A DNA stretch of 64,000 bases from Octopus vulgaris. Its lineage: Eukaryota. Below the pieces are notes generated by a model. The model saw nothing but the letters and a program-made list of their open reading frames with translations. It did no database searches and was not told the origin of the DNA. Below are positions 14,353-29,725 of this stretch, piece after piece. The DNA is taken from NCBI GenBank assembly GCA_951406725.2, contig OX597824.1, positions 57,412,001 to 57,476,000 of the forward strand, read 5' to 3'. The stretch's first letter is position 1; each line of letters opens with the position of its first letter. Made by a program: the position numbers and the translations under genes.

Positions 14353-15495
14353 TTAATAGAGGTTTTCCATTAATACATAATTTTCATATCAAGTGATAAC
14401 ATTATAGAGAAGGTAGATATATAGACAAAGATGTGGATTTAAATTTTAAGAACATTTAAGGTAGTAGAGTTTATCAACTGACTGAATAATATTCAGTTGC
14501 TATGAGCTGCTAGAAGGTTCTGAGAAGAATGGACAATTGAAAGGAGACAAAAAAGATTTTCTATTTATAGAAATAGGGGTGAAATAGATGTCAAAGTTCC
14601 ATATAAAGAAATTTCTGTAGAGAGAGAAGGGTTGTCACACTACAGATGCCAATTACTACTATTTGGTAAACAGATTTAGCATTAGGAAAACTAGGTTAAT
14701 GTCAGATGGTTATAATGACCACTGATAGAGAAAGCAGAGAGAAATTTAGAGAAAAATCTATCACTTATTATGAGTAGGCATAATACTTATTAATTGGGGA
14801 CAAAAGTCTTATTAATCAAGTGAATATATTAGGGTTCAAAAATATATAATAGGAAAAAGGGAAGAGGAGAAATCACCTTCTACTAAACCTACGAATACCT
14901 TTCTTCTTTGATTTCTCCTCTTCTATTTTTCCTATTATATATTTTTGACCCCTAATATATTCACTTGATTAATAAGACTTTTGTCCCCAATTAATAAGTA
15001 TTATGCCTACTCATAATAAGTGATAGATTTTTCTCTAAATTGAATAAATTTTAGATCTATAATTTCTCCTTTAATCCAACGTATCAAAATACTCAGAACC
15101 TATCAGCTAATTATAATTTTGATGTATATTAATTTTAAAAAAATATCTACTTTCTCTATGAGTGGTCATTATAACCATCTGACATTAACCTAGTAATTGG
15201 CATCTGTAGTGTGACAACCCTTCTCTCTCTACAGAAATTTCTTTATATGGAACTTTGACATCTATTTCACCCCTATTTCTATAAATAGAAAATTTTTTTG
15301 TCTCCTTTCAATTGTCCATTCTTCTCAGAACCTTCTAACAGCTCATAGCAACTGAATATTATTCAGTCAGTTGATAAACTCCGCTACCTTAAATGTTCTT
15401 AAAATTTAAATCCACATCTTTGTCTATATATCTACCTTCTCTATAATGTTATCACTTGATATGAAAATTATGTATTAATGGAAAACCTCTATTAA

Positions 15496-15579
15496 TGGCT
15501 GATGAGTGCTCAGCATTTTAAAACTGTTCTAATACTTACAACATTTAATAAAATGATGTAGTGCGAAACGATCGTACCA
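15496..15579 (+). ncRNA. Type I hammerhead ribozyme (right arm copy)
   Basis: Same motif as 14269-14352: CTGATGA at 15499 and GAAACGATCGTA at 15565. Confidence 0.8.
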
Positions 15580-15623
15580 AATTACCGAAGTTATTCTTGT
15601 TGCTTATTTTAATTATATATACA

Positions 15624-15693
<70 letters not shown>

Positions 15694-17009
15694 TATGTGT
15701 GTGTATATGCCGATATTTGATGAAGCTTCATAATTCATAACTTTATGTTTCATGTCGTAGATCTCCATTCATAATGTAAAGGATAAAACCAGGAAAATGG
15801 TTTATAACATTATTCAAAAGAAGAAAAAAAAAGAGAGTAAAGAATTCATTTGGTTACCAGTGAATAAATGTGTTAAGCGGGTCGCATGTATGCAATTTGA
15901 TTGGTAGTTGTTGTGAGAGGTGAAAGAGTGTAAGTTTAGCTGCTATATTATAAGACATAAACAATAAAAGTGTGAAAGCGATATAAAAAAGGCGAAAGAA
16001 GTGGGTAAGAAGATGAGGCAGGAAAAAACGTTTGAGATATATCTTTAAAACTTAGCTTTCTTAAAATTCTTTACAAGTTCAGGTGATTCATATGATCTAT
16101 AGTTTGATGCGCACGTTCTAGAACGTTAGAAAAACAAAGAAAGAATAAACGAAAGAGAATGAAAAAGGAAGAGAGCAAACAGTTCATATTGAACAAGATC
16201 GCAAAGAAAAGTAAAAGCTACAGAAAATATAGGGAATGAGAAAGTGGTAAGCAAAGATTAAAACAAAATACAAAAAATGAAAGTTAAATCGAGAAGGCTG
16301 GGAACAAGAGTATTTGGCGCGTTATGTGGTTATAATAACGGAAAAAATATCTGGTATTATGTAAACAAATACAAAGAAAGTCAGATTTTGTACTGAAGTT
16401 TAGTTTTTATCTTGGAATGACTTTGTGCTTGTGTAGTGGGATACAGGTTTTGGTAAATGGTTTATTAGAATCATAGATACTGGGGATAAGGATCATAATG
16501 AGGATGACCTTAAAAATAATGATGTCGAGGACGATGACGATAACAATGATATTGATTACATTGTTGTTGATGATGAAGATGGTGATGATGATGATCGTGG
16601 TGATGGGGATGATGACATTTCTGAAACACATTCGAAGTACACTACTATGCATGCGCAACCAATCTGTCACCACCAACTTGAATACAACAAGCCATTCCAT
16701 TATCCGGAAACCATGGATCGCATACCGAAAGGACACAGAAAGGACAACGTTTCATATTCGAACTCAGAACCATGTCCCTGGTAGATTTAAATGAACGTTT
16801 TCCTTCTACTCGTACACCTCCTCTAAGTTCTTATTCTTCACTTTCCTCTCACCTCAACTTATCTCCTCGTCACCTCATCTTTACATTTCTGTTTCTCTAT
16901 CTCTCTTTCCCTACTTTATGTCTACGTACGAAGCTCGTATTGTCTTGTGTTTCGCATGAATTGCCACCAGCTTCTGAAACAATGAAAGTGCTAAACTCTA
17001 CTGTTTATA

Positions 17010-17769
<760 letters not shown>

Positions 17770-17779
17770 TGATAATGAC

Positions 17780-18922
17780 ATGATCGAGGATGCACCACCC
17801 AAAATCTGACATAGAAAGGCTATATATATATACAACGTATAGAAGGTGGTAGAGGCCTTATACAGCTGGAAAACTATTATAAAATAACTACCATAGGACT
17901 GCAAAAATACCTACTTCAGAAGCGAAGGAAACTAATACAAATATCCACAAAACACGAACAAAACAAAAAACTTACAAATAAAATCAAGAAATCATACTAC
18001 CTAACAAATATGAAGAAGAAGAAGAAACAACAAAAGCTATAAAGCAAATGATATCCAAACTAAAACTAGAACAGCAACGGACCATGATAAAACGATGGCA
18101 AGAAAATCCCCTTCATGGCAAATACTGGGCTAAACTGAGTGCAAAAGAAATTGACAGAGAAAAACCCCAGCAATGGTTGAGAAGCTCAGGACTCAAAGCA
18201 GAGACTGAAAGATTTTTAATTGCAGCACAAGACCAAAACCTCCCCAGCAGAAATTAGCAAAAACATATAATGAAAAGAAACATAAGTAACTGCAGAATAT
18301 GTGGAGATGGACAAGAAAGAATAAATCATATTATAAATCATATTATCTCTGGCTGCCCAGTGTATGTAGGTCCCAACGACAGAGTTGGGACCTACATACA
18401 CTGGAAGCTAAGTCAGCACTATGGAATAACAACAGAAAAAGATGGTATGGGCACACGCCAGAAAAGGTTACAAAACGAGAAAGCAACCATAGAGAAATTA
18501 AGGCCAATAGGCCAGATATAGTTGTCAGAGATCATGAAGAAAAAAAGGTTTCTAATTGATGTATCAATACCAGCAGATGACAACGTTTCTCTAAAAGAAA
18601 TGGAGAAACTTTCAAAATACAAAGACCTGGAAATGGCGGTAACTAGAATGTAGAATCTAAAAACAGAAACAATTCCTATCATAGTAGGTGCATTAGGCAT
18701 GATAAAAAAATATTCAGACAAATACATAGCAAAAACACCAGGACTTACAAATATATATAACATACAGAAAATTGCACTACTGGACACTGCACACATCCTA
18801 TGCAAAACACTTTCAATACAGTAATCATAAGAACATCACAGCAAGCTGCAGCACATAACCAAGGCACACAGAGCTGCGCTCCGTAGTGAAGTGATAGCAC
18901 GCTATAAAAATAAAAGTATTGG
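17780..18922 (+). pseudogene. Second 5'-truncated R4/Dong-clade LINE, decayed
   Basis: EGGRGL, PLHGKY, WLRSSGLKAETE..IAAQDQ, CRICG..HIISGCP, ANRPDIVVRD, LIDVSIP, KYKDL, IPIIVGALG. Bounded by (AAT)n on both sides. Confidence 0.9.
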
Positions 18923-19004
<82 letters not shown>

Positions 19005-19380
19005 TAATAATTATAATAATAATAATATCGGTGGTGATGCCGACGACGACGGTGGTAATGATGATTTCACTGATGTTGACTATAGCGATATTGTTGGTGA
19101 TTATGATGAGGCGATAGTGGTAAAGTTGTTGTTGACCGTGGTGGTAGCTATCATAAATTGGTCTGTTAATGTTAGTGTTGTAGAGGTTATCGGTGACATG
19201 GAAAGAAAAGTTAGAATGGTAAACGAAGGGACATCATGGCGCCGACAGTTGTGGTTATCGATCCGGTATCTTTGACTCGTTACTGTAGAACACGTTTCCA
19301 CCGATGGATGACACACAGCAAAAACGTCAGCCTCTACAAGAATAACAGCCGCAGCAGCAACCACCACCACCACAACCACC

Positions 19381-19460
<80 letters not shown>

Positions 19461-19568
19461 AAGGATAATGATATTAATACAAGATCCAGACAAAGCTCCA
19501 TATAATATTTCGTATGTAGAAAGTTTTCATTGTGTTTATATGAGTATTGGCATATATACATGATATCG

Positions 19569-19616
<48 letters not shown>

Positions 19617-20080
19617 GCAAATATGTGTGTGAGAGAGAGCGTGTACGTTCATAGGTACTTACAGTGTACATATACTTAAGTATATACGCACACTCTCTCA
19701 CTTTCAGATGCTCATATTTATGTAAATTGTACAACGTTGCTGCCATAATATTTCTTACTCTGTGTCTTCGGGTGACGCCACGATCAAAGTGATAGATACA
19801 AGCAATGAATATATGTAAATGATGATAGTAATAGCAAGGATAACAATGAATACTAGTACTGATAATAGTAACAACAATAATGTCGTTGATAATACTAACA
19901 ATAATCACTACTACTACAACTATGACATCACTATTGATAGTGATGTGCATTATACGGACGCCCAGCATATATATATTTGAAAAAAAAAGAATAGAAATGC
20001 CTTTTCTCATAATTTACCACTTTAATAATTATAATTAGATGTTTATGTAAACTTATAATCAAAAGAGTGCTAAAATATGA

Positions 20081-20111
<31 letters not shown>

Positions 20112-20220
20112 GGGAAAATTATCAGGAAAGCCATTTCTAATTCATTTTTTTCAAATATATAATATTGTACCAAGAGCTTTCTGTTTCTTATTCTACTGTA
20201 TATATATATATGTATATGTG

Positions 20221-20350
<130 letters not shown>

Positions 20351-20517
20351 TTGAAAATAAGAGAAATCAATGAAAATGCACAATATAAATAAAAAAGGAA
20401 AGGCTTTTTATGAAAGGTAACGACAGATATATACAATTAGGTGAACTGAGATAGTAATAAAAGTCATTATTATGAGATGATTAAAAAGTAAGAAATTCAA
20501 AGCATACCATGGTTTCG

Positions 20518-21410
20518 TCATATTTAGTTGGGGGAAATATTTATTGATGAAAATTGCCTCTTTATTCAACCTTTGTTGCATCGTGGTGTTCTGTGAACAT
20601 TGATAGAAGGGGAAGATTTGGAAATTAGGATTAAGATTCCTAGCACACCTTTCTATGTGTTCACTAACCTGAACACCACAATGCAACAAAGGTTGAATAA
20701 AGAAGCAATATTCATTAATAAATATCTTCCCCAACTAAATATGAGCACACAACTTAATACAGAACACCACTAACCCGTCAATTAACACCACTAACCCCTA
20801 TACACTCCCTACATCATTCACATTACAATTTTGTATCTAATACAACTGCACTAAATCCAGAACTACTTACCTCCCTTACAAATAATCTTTTTACTCAGTG
20901 AATACATTGCTTTGAATAAACACCGGTTAATGAACGGTGTCAGGTGTAATAGTTCCTGAGTAAAAAGATTATTTGTAAGGGAGGTAAGTAGTTCTGGATT
21001 TAGTGCAGTTGTGTTAGATACAGAATTGTAATGTGAATGGTGTAGGGAGTGTATAGGGGGTAGTGGTGTTAATTGACGGGTTAGTGGTGTTCTGTATTAA
21101 GTTGTGTGCTCATATTTAGTTGGGGAAGATATTTATTAATGAAAATTGCTTCTTTATTCAACCTTTGTTGCATTGTGGTGTTCAGGTTAGTGACCACATA
21201 GAAAGGTGTGCTAGGAATCTTAATCCTAATTTCCAAATCTTCCCCTTCTATCAATGTTCACAGAACACCACAATGCAACAAAGGTTGAATAAAGAGGCAA
21301 TTTTCATCAATAAATATTTCCCCCAACTAAATATGAACACACAACTTAATACAGAACACCACTAACACCTATACACTCCCTACACCATTCACATTAAAAT
21401 TCTATATCTA
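20518..21410. repeat. Nested inverted repeats: 381-bp arms 20518-20898 and 20956-21336, each with an internal 74-bp hairpin
   Basis: Reverse-complement match read directly. The inner pair is 20518-20591/20671-20744. A 3' half-HHR (GAA-ACCATGGT-A) abuts on the minus strand at 20502-20520. Confidence 0.9.
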
Positions 21411-22242
21411 ACAGTCAAATGATTGAAAGAAATAAAAGAGTAAAAGAGTATATGTCTATATATATTTATATATATACGCACACAATATACATACATGGAC
21501 ATACACACACTCGCACACACACGCACACACACGCACACACACGCACACACACAGAGTAACGCATATTTACTCCACAGCCACAACCGCACACACAACCACA
21601 CGCACACACATACACACACGCACATACACACACATACATACGCACACATGAACACACAAACGTAGGCAGACGCTGCATACAAAACGCACATATACACTAC
21701 ATATACAACCACACGCACACACATACACACACGCATATACACATACATACATACGCACACATGAACACACAAACGTAGGCAGACGCAGCATACAAAACGC
21801 ACACATACACTACATATACATACACGCACACACACATCTTTCAAACTACCAGTTAAAGACCTTTCTACTAACAATTATTCTACGCACATGTGAAGGGACA
21901 CCAGTACACAAAAGACAGCAACTCCTACCATAAATTCTTACTATAAATTCTTCCTACGACATTAAGCGACACAAATTCCACTCACACACACACATATAAA
22001 CAGCCAAAACCACACACACACACACGCGCACGCATACACACGTGCTATTATCACACACATACACAGACCTGCGCCGCGCACGCACATACCCACACATACC
22101 CACACATACCTCCTTCTCTGGCACTCTCCTGTCTTAGAACTTTCTCTTCACCCATTCCCTTCCGGTTATTTCAAAATGTAACCACTTGTGAATCGTTGGC
22201 GATTTCCTTCCTCCGTCTTCCCTTCTTTCGGACTTTTCTCTA

Positions 22243-22275
22243 TTTCTGAAGAAGAGGTTTACTCGAAACGTTAAA
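22243..22275 (+). ncRNA. Minimal type I hammerhead (family A)
   Basis: TTT-CTGAAGA-A-GAG-gttta-CTC-GAA-ACGT-T-AAA, inside the family-A repeat at 21850-22375. Confidence 0.7.
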
Positions 22276-22687
22276 TCCTCTTTCTTTCGTTTCCTGAGCG
22301 TCTGATAATACATTACTTGTACCATGTCTTTGTGTTGTTCTTTTTTCATGTTTGTTCTTCTTTGTTTGGATTATATATATATATATATATATATGTTTAT
22401 TTTAGTGCGCTTTTGTTACACATCCTGTGACCTCTTCGGCGACTCTCCGTCCAACGTGTCACTTCTTGAAAGTAGGAGATACGTAGGATGGAGAATCGCT
22501 GTAGAGGCCACAAAGTGTGCGACGAAAGATTTCAGACAAGGGACAATAAAATATAAAGACTAATAAAACTGAAATGAAGACCAAATATGTAGTGCATGTG
22601 GTTAATTGGCAAAAAATATGATCATCCTCGGATATAACATCTATTTCAACACATGATTTCGAATCAGGAATGTTGTAAAACGAAAAC

Positions 22688-22723
<36 letters not shown>

Positions 22724-22996
22724 ATGTGTGTGTGTATGTGTGTGTGTGTGTGTATGTGTGTGTGTGTGTGTGTGTATGTGTGTGTGTTTGTGTGTGTTTG
22801 CATGTATGTATTAAGGAACGTTATACAAATATGTACACATTGTTGAATGGCCGTTGATTACTTACGAGTTCCTCCACCCTTTGACGAGTCTTAATTTTTG
22901 TTCCGTAGGGTGTCCAGCGATCACCCGCCTCACCAAGAGTGGGTTGTCAGTTTAGGCTATGTGATAGGTTATGCTGGGTTACATGTTACCACCAGC

Positions 22997-23973
22997 GCTC
23001 AAGAGCGACCTGAAGATTCCCTTTTAGATCTTGCACGCCTCAGAGCAAAATCCAAGACCAAATCAACTTTGATCTGAGATATACTCTTTGAAGATGATAC
23101 AGCACTGGTTGCTCTCAGCGAGTCAACCCTACAGACAATGATGGAGCACTTTTCACGAGCTTGCAAAGCATTTTCTCTTTTAATCAGTGTCAAGAAGTGT
23201 GTCATTCTGATACAAACGACACAATTGAAGTAAACATGATGCTGGACAAGCTTTAGAGGGTCCTCAGTAACAACCTCCCTAGACGACAAAATATTAGTCA
23301 GGTTAGGAAAAGCTACTACAGTCTTTGGTAGACTCAGCAACAGAGCATGGAAAAACAAGATGCTCACAATGAAAACCAGAATTAGGATTTATGATTTATG
23401 AAGCATGCATACTGAGCACCCTTCTCTGTGGATCAGAAACTTGCACACTTTTCACAGAACAAGAGATGATGCCCGTGCAATATCCTGCGCATCACCTGGC
23501 AAGACAAAATAACCAACAGGCAGCACTTCCGAGCATGAGAACTATTCTGTGCAAAAGGAGACTAAGATGGCTTGGGCATGTGAAGTGGATGGATTACAAC
23601 GGAATTCCAAAGCAGTTGTTATATGGCGAGCTGGCTCAGGGTAGCAGATTCAGAAGATGACCAAAGCCGAGATTCAAGTATACATGTAAGAGGAGCCTGA
23701 CCAAGTGCCACATCAATGCAAAGAGTTGGGAAAAGTTAGCTGAAGACTGTTGGGAAAGCCTCAGTGAACAAAGGAGTCAAACAGCTTGAGGTAAAATGCC
23801 AAAGAAAGAAAGATAGCTCACTGCAGCCCTGTAGCACCTTCCTTGCTTGCAGATTTTTCAGCAGAACTTGCCCATCAAACATAAGAAGTCATGAGAGAAG
23901 CTGCAGGTAGAAGACTACGAGAACATAATTAGAACCTTTTCTGCAGCTTACACCGTTTCTTAAGACGTTACGA

Positions 23974-23975
<2 letters not shown>
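22997..23975 (+). pseudogene. 5'-truncated RTE (BovB-like) LINE, RT C-terminal region, decayed
   Basis: DLARLRAKSK, ILFEDDTAL (YADD-like), FSRACKAFSL, RLGKATTVFGRL, IYEACILSTLLCGSET, RRLRWLGHV, PKQLLYGEL. Confidence 0.88.
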
Positions 23976-24061
<86 letters not shown>

Positions 24062-24215
24062 CAAATGTTGAATTGTGTCGAAAACATCAGACGGGAATAC
24101 TCAATACATGTTGTAGTGTATATGGTTTATTGAAATTGAATTTTTATCTTACGTTACAAATATATATATACATATATGTATAAACACACACACGCTCACA
24201 CACACGCACACATAT

Positions 24216-24358
24216 AGGCGCAGGCGTGGCTGTGTGGTAAGAAGCTTGCTTCCCAACCACATTGTTCCGGGTTCAGTCCCACTGCGTAGCTAGATCTTCG
24301 GGCCGACTAAAGCCTTGTGAGTGGATTTGGTAGACGGAAATTGAAAGAAGCTCGTTGT
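24216..24358 (+). mobile_element. tRNA-derived SINE (octopus-type, family 2), partial
   Basis: A box TGGCTGTGTGG and B box GGTTCAGTCCC. Matches the long copy at 32861-33270 (-) and a degenerate copy at 37124-37262. Confidence 0.8.
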
Positions 24359-24467
24359 ATACATACATACATTCATACATACATACATTCATACATACAT
24401 ACATACATACAAACATTCACACACACATACATACATACAAACATACATACATACATACATACATACA

Positions 24468-24515
<48 letters not shown>

Positions 24516-24601
24516 ACTGCAAAAGACGGATAAATTGCACATAGTATCTGCATAAACACTTTTGCACTCCCCCGATAAACACACCCGCATGTATCCATGT
24601 A

Positions 24602-24668
<67 letters not shown>

Positions 24669-24747
24669 ACATACATACATACATACATACATACATACAT
24701 ACAAATTGATGCACACATATACACACACATTTATATGTGTATTTGCA

Positions 24748-25344
24748 TATGACGGATACCTCTTACGTGTTTAAATGTACACTGTATTTATATGAATAAT
24801 ATATAGTCTATTGACTAATTTTCCTACACGCTAGGCCACATGTTGTAAAAAGTTCTAAAATCTTTATTACCCTGATATTATTAATATTGATTTTTTTTCT
24901 GGAAAATTGTTCAAAGACACGCCGGTATTTTTCGCTGCCGGCAAAAACTACGCTTGCACGGTGGATTTGAAAAGTTATAATATATAAGCAAGAGGCACAT
25001 GCTGCATTTGCCTCGTACTTATATGTTTAATCTAGGCGTACCTGTTGATGAAGACGTCGACTAGCAAATTATTTTATTTGCTACAAAAGTCAGAAACCAT
25101 GGCCCAGGAGATAGATGGCAAATGTTTTTATTTTTCATTCCCTTCGAGTTTTTATCTCTAATAGTGGTTTGGACTTAAGCTGCTCCTTCTAGCGTGCAAG
25201 GAATCCTATGACGGATACCCCTTATGTGTTTAAATGTACACTGTATTTATATGAATAATATATAGTCTATTGACTAATTTTTCTACACGCTAGGCCACAG
25301 ATAGTAAAAATTTCTAAAATCTTTATTACCCTGATATTATTAAT
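24748..25344 (+). mobile_element. Terminally redundant non-coding element (138-bp direct repeat, 459-bp period) with decayed HHR at 25041-25108
   Basis: 24748-24885 is repeated at 25207-25344. Internal motif: CCTG-TTGATGA-A-GAC..GTC-A-GAA-ACCATGGC-C-CAGG. Confidence 0.75.
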
Positions 25345-25454
25345 TATGTATATATATATGTGTGTATTTACATATACATGCGTTTGTTTATGTGTGGGTT
25401 TATGGACATATACATATGTGTGTGTGTATATATATATATGTTTATATATATATG

Positions 25455-25485
<31 letters not shown>

Positions 25486-25648
25486 GTAAATATATATATA
25501 TATGCATACACACACACACATACACACATATATATACATATATATGTGGTTATATGTACACACACACATACTCACACACACTCACACACACACTCGCACA
25601 TACACACACACTCACACGCACGCACACACACACACACACGCACACACA

Positions 25649-25739
<91 letters not shown>

Positions 25740-25925
25740 GTAAACCTACATAAACACAAACCGAAGTTTTTCCTATCTGCCAATTGATAACACTTTGATC
25801 TTTGTTCCATCAGCTGTTGATAGTTTGTAACCAGTCGACACCATAAAATGGCCAAATACCTCCCGCAGTTTCTTTTGATTTCTTTCTCCTGTTCGCGAGT
25901 TTGGTATGTTTCTAGTTCCTGCAGC

Positions 25926-26079
<154 letters not shown>

Positions 26080-26085
26080 TGTGTG

Positions 26086-26129
<44 letters not shown>

Positions 26130-26354
26130 CATATACATACATATATACATATACATATATATATATTTACACATGCATACATACATATATACGTGCGTTT
26201 ATGTGTGTATGTATATCTGTGTGCGTTTGTGCGTATATGTACATGTAATTGCTCAGACACTCCAGTGCACCTGTGCATACGTACACAACTCACACAAAGT
26301 ATGCACACACACACATAGACGCACACACATTCTCTCTTCGTCCCTGACCCTTCC

Positions 26355-26391
<37 letters not shown>

Positions 26392-26961
26392 GTCTCTGTC
26401 TCTGTCTCTCTCTCACACACATAAACCATTATGTATATATTAGTGATAGGTTTACGTCGTAACAACGAAAATATATTTTGTGCAATAATATATAGCAGAA
26501 CACAAAGAAATAGAAAGAATTCAATTGTTATAGCGAATATATATATCTCCCAATTGCAATCTATGTTCTATTTTTGTGAGGAATCCTCATTGTTAAATTT
26601 CAGTCTTAATTCATTTGATGAAAACTATGTTTTTTGCATGATGTAAAACTTTTGTTTATCAATAAAGAACACATCTGAAATAGTTGTAGTGGACCACATC
26701 CTATCTCGGAAACTTCCGTGCGTTGTAGTAGAACCTTTAGTTGATTGCGGAATATGTATGGTGTGTACCCCTGTTTGACTTTGATTACACGTTGTATATT
26801 CTCTCAGTAGTTGTGAATGAGTGCATAACTGGAGTGACAAATCGGTATTTATTTTAGTAAGGACGTATACCCCAACACACGTTATTAGTGCACTGGTGCG
26901 CTCTACCTGACTCTACCTTAGTGGTTTTATTATTTAAATATGTGGTTCTATCGGATGTTGA

Positions 26962-27001
<40 letters not shown>

Positions 27002-27267
27002 ATGATAAAAGTTTCAGGACACACACACACACACACATACACACACACACACACATACATACACAAAGTTACAAACTGAAGAAAAGAAATCATTCACTGG
27101 TACGGCAGTTGAATACTATATAAATATTGGTATAATTCAATTACAAAGATAAATTAAATAGAGAGATACTATTGACAATCCAATAATTTATTTTTATAAT
27201 ATTACATGATATACTTTGAATATAAAATAACATATTATATAACATCAACAATTATTTAAAAAAAACA

Positions 27268-27348
27268 TAAAATTGTTTCGACTTATATACATTTTCTGAT
27301 ATATATCCACAATAACAGTTCCCTTATATATGTAAGTCACTTCAGAGT
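27268..27348 (-). ncRNA. Decayed hammerhead motif
   Basis: CTGAAGT-GACTTA..TAAGTC-GAA-ACAATTTT. Stem II is good, but the core and stem III are mutated. Confidence 0.5.
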
Positions 27349-28389
27349 CTTGGTTTAAAGATAGACAAAATTCCGTGTGAATGGACGGCTGGATTGTAAA
27401 AATTAATTCAAATGTATTATGAGCGTGAGCGTTTACTATTCAATCATACATAAATTACAATTAAAAAACAACAAAATCACTCTAACGGACGATACAACCA
27501 AGAAAATGCAATCCACAACCATCGAAATTCACTTCCTTACATCTCAAACACATACCAATCGAAACCCGTTCATGTCCAAGAGAGTCAGAAATGCTATGTG
27601 TTAAATACCAATACCACTACTGCAACTGACATTGTGATTCACAAACACTTTATTATTAATCTCTATGCAGGCATACACAGTCCTCAAGGTATAGTTATAC
27701 TACACACACACATCTCTTATATATTAAAGACCTTCTTACTCTCACCTTTACATTTCGCATTCCTATGCGTCCTAACATTATTCAGATCGACATCGTTCTT
27801 ATGCAACCAAAGCACTTTACGACTCCATTAACAGAGAAAATAATTTCCAGTGATGACTTAACAATCCGGTCAAAGATCTGGCAATCTGGGTAAAGATTCT
27901 ATCTCTTCATTTATCCAGAATACAAATCTGCTTCACCCTCTTTAATGCCTTCAATGTCACTACAAATACTGGAACTTCCCATCACTGATAACCTGTCCTG
28001 TTCATCTCACATGCATAACATATTTAAAACGATGTCATATATACCATAGTTAACCAGGCATCATAAATAGCATTTCATAAGACTACATCATAAACATAAA
28101 CCTGCTTTACAATAAAAAATACGTCATTCCCGATAAGACAGTTTACTTTTTTACAGAGTCCGCGTAACAACCACAACGGGTTATTTTTTCCACACTTAGG
28201 ATGGTATCCCTTCCACGCACGTTTAGAGTGGCATTACGCTTATACAATTTTAGAATGGTATCACCCCACGTACTTTTAGGACGACCCCACTTTTATACAC
28301 AATACCACCAAAGACTATATCTAAGAGGAAACAATCTGTCTAATTAGTAAAGCCCCACCAATGCAGTCTAGTCTCTGATCACTCTATAT

Positions 28390-28727
28390 CAGTGGCTTTT
28401 AATTAGCTTTTTATCTATGGATCCCTTTGATTACTATTTTATTCTGTTTGGCCCCTATAGTCATTTGATGTTTAGAACCTAATTTTATACATACTTCTTT
28501 CAAAATTCCTATTTTATTTATCATATATTAATTTTTGTAAGCTGAACTATATAAAGCGTCAGAGAAAGAAACTTAACTGTTACTTACAATAAATATATCT
28601 AAAGCACATTTTTTTCATGGACACATAAAATACTACTGTTGACCTAATTTACTATTTTGCTTGTGTGGACCCCACACATTTTATGTGGACTACAAGGAGT
28701 CGTATGGACCCCGACAGAGAATCAATG
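28390..28727. mobile_element. Possible decayed hAT-type MITE
   Basis: Starts with CAGTGG and ends with GGACCCC..GAGAATCAATG. GGACCCC subterminal motifs recur. Confidence 0.3.
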
Positions 28728-29487
28728 CGCTACATCTTTTACTGTTATTGCAATGGTCTATGTTCTCTAGATTAGTTTGCTGTTACCATCCCCTTCCAGA
28801 TCCACTCAGAACAAGCCTCTCTCTTACTTTCTGTATATATATTCCTCGATAAACCACTATACATAATGCTCCTCAGAATACCACCTCCACCTCTAAAGAT
28901 GTCTTTCTGCCCATGCCTTTTCCTCAGATGTCAACTGGAAGTGCAGTTAACTCCGTCGACCACTTCTACAATTTTTTTTCTAAGATAGCAGTTATGCTGA
29001 GGATCAGTTTAATCTTCTGTATCTCTACCTCTCCCAAACACGCGGTTTAACGACAAAGATAAATATTAATATGATTTTTTTCAATGAGTTAAAAAAATAT
29101 CTGGATCAATTTTACTTTTCATCTACCTTGAATTCATAATTTTAAAAAGTCATATACTGGATTTGATATAATCATCTGTTCCCCACCCACTACCATTCTA
29201 ACAATGTACAAACCGTTATTATTATATTCAATATAGTTTCTTGATATCAAACTGTAAGAAGTGTTACAGCAAATTTTATCTCATACAAATACCGTTGTCA
29301 ATAACAATAACAGTCTGAATTAAACAAAAAGTTAACCTGATTTCAGAACTGCCTTTACTTTAACGCTAAATAGACAATAAAGCGTCTACCTGTGTGTGTG
29401 TGTGAGAGAGAGAGAGTATGTGTGTGTGTGTGTGTGTGTGTGGGTGTGCATACATATATACGTACATAGATACATACATACATATGC

Positions 29488-29538
<51 letters not shown>

Positions 29539-29564
29539 TATATATATATCAAATCCATAAAAAA

Positions 29565-29725
29565 GAAGAAACACAAAAAACACAACAACGCGAGGACATG
29601 GTACGTGTAAAGTATTAACAGATGCTATGGGGAGGAACGAAAGATGGTTTAACGTTTTGAGCGAGGCTCTTCTTCAGAAATAGAGGAAATGCCAAGAAAA
29701 TCGCCAACGATTCACATGTGGTTGT
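29565..29725 (-). mobile_element. Family-A repeat 3' portion with decayed HHR (29648-29680, GAAA changed to AAAA)
   Basis: Homologous to 46085-46245 and 59665-59870. Confidence 0.7.

Larger units (their letters stand above)
14231..15617. repeat. Long fold-back inverted repeat (arms about 14231-14875 and 14909-15617) carrying two HHRs
   Basis: The arms are near-exact reverse complements with a few indels. (TA)n flanks both sides. Confidence 0.9.

Noticed and set aside
19728-19775. Minus-strand CCGAAGA...CAACGTTGTA as a hammerhead
   Set aside because: GAA is absent, and stems I and II do not pair.
20518-21410. CRISPR-like array interpretation of the repeated blocks
   Set aside because: The repeats are long and inverted, with no repeat-spacer periodicity, no cas genes and a eukaryotic context.
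21590-21830. ~115-bp tandem duplication in CA-rich sequence
   Set aside because: Ordinary slippage or duplication within low-complexity DNA.
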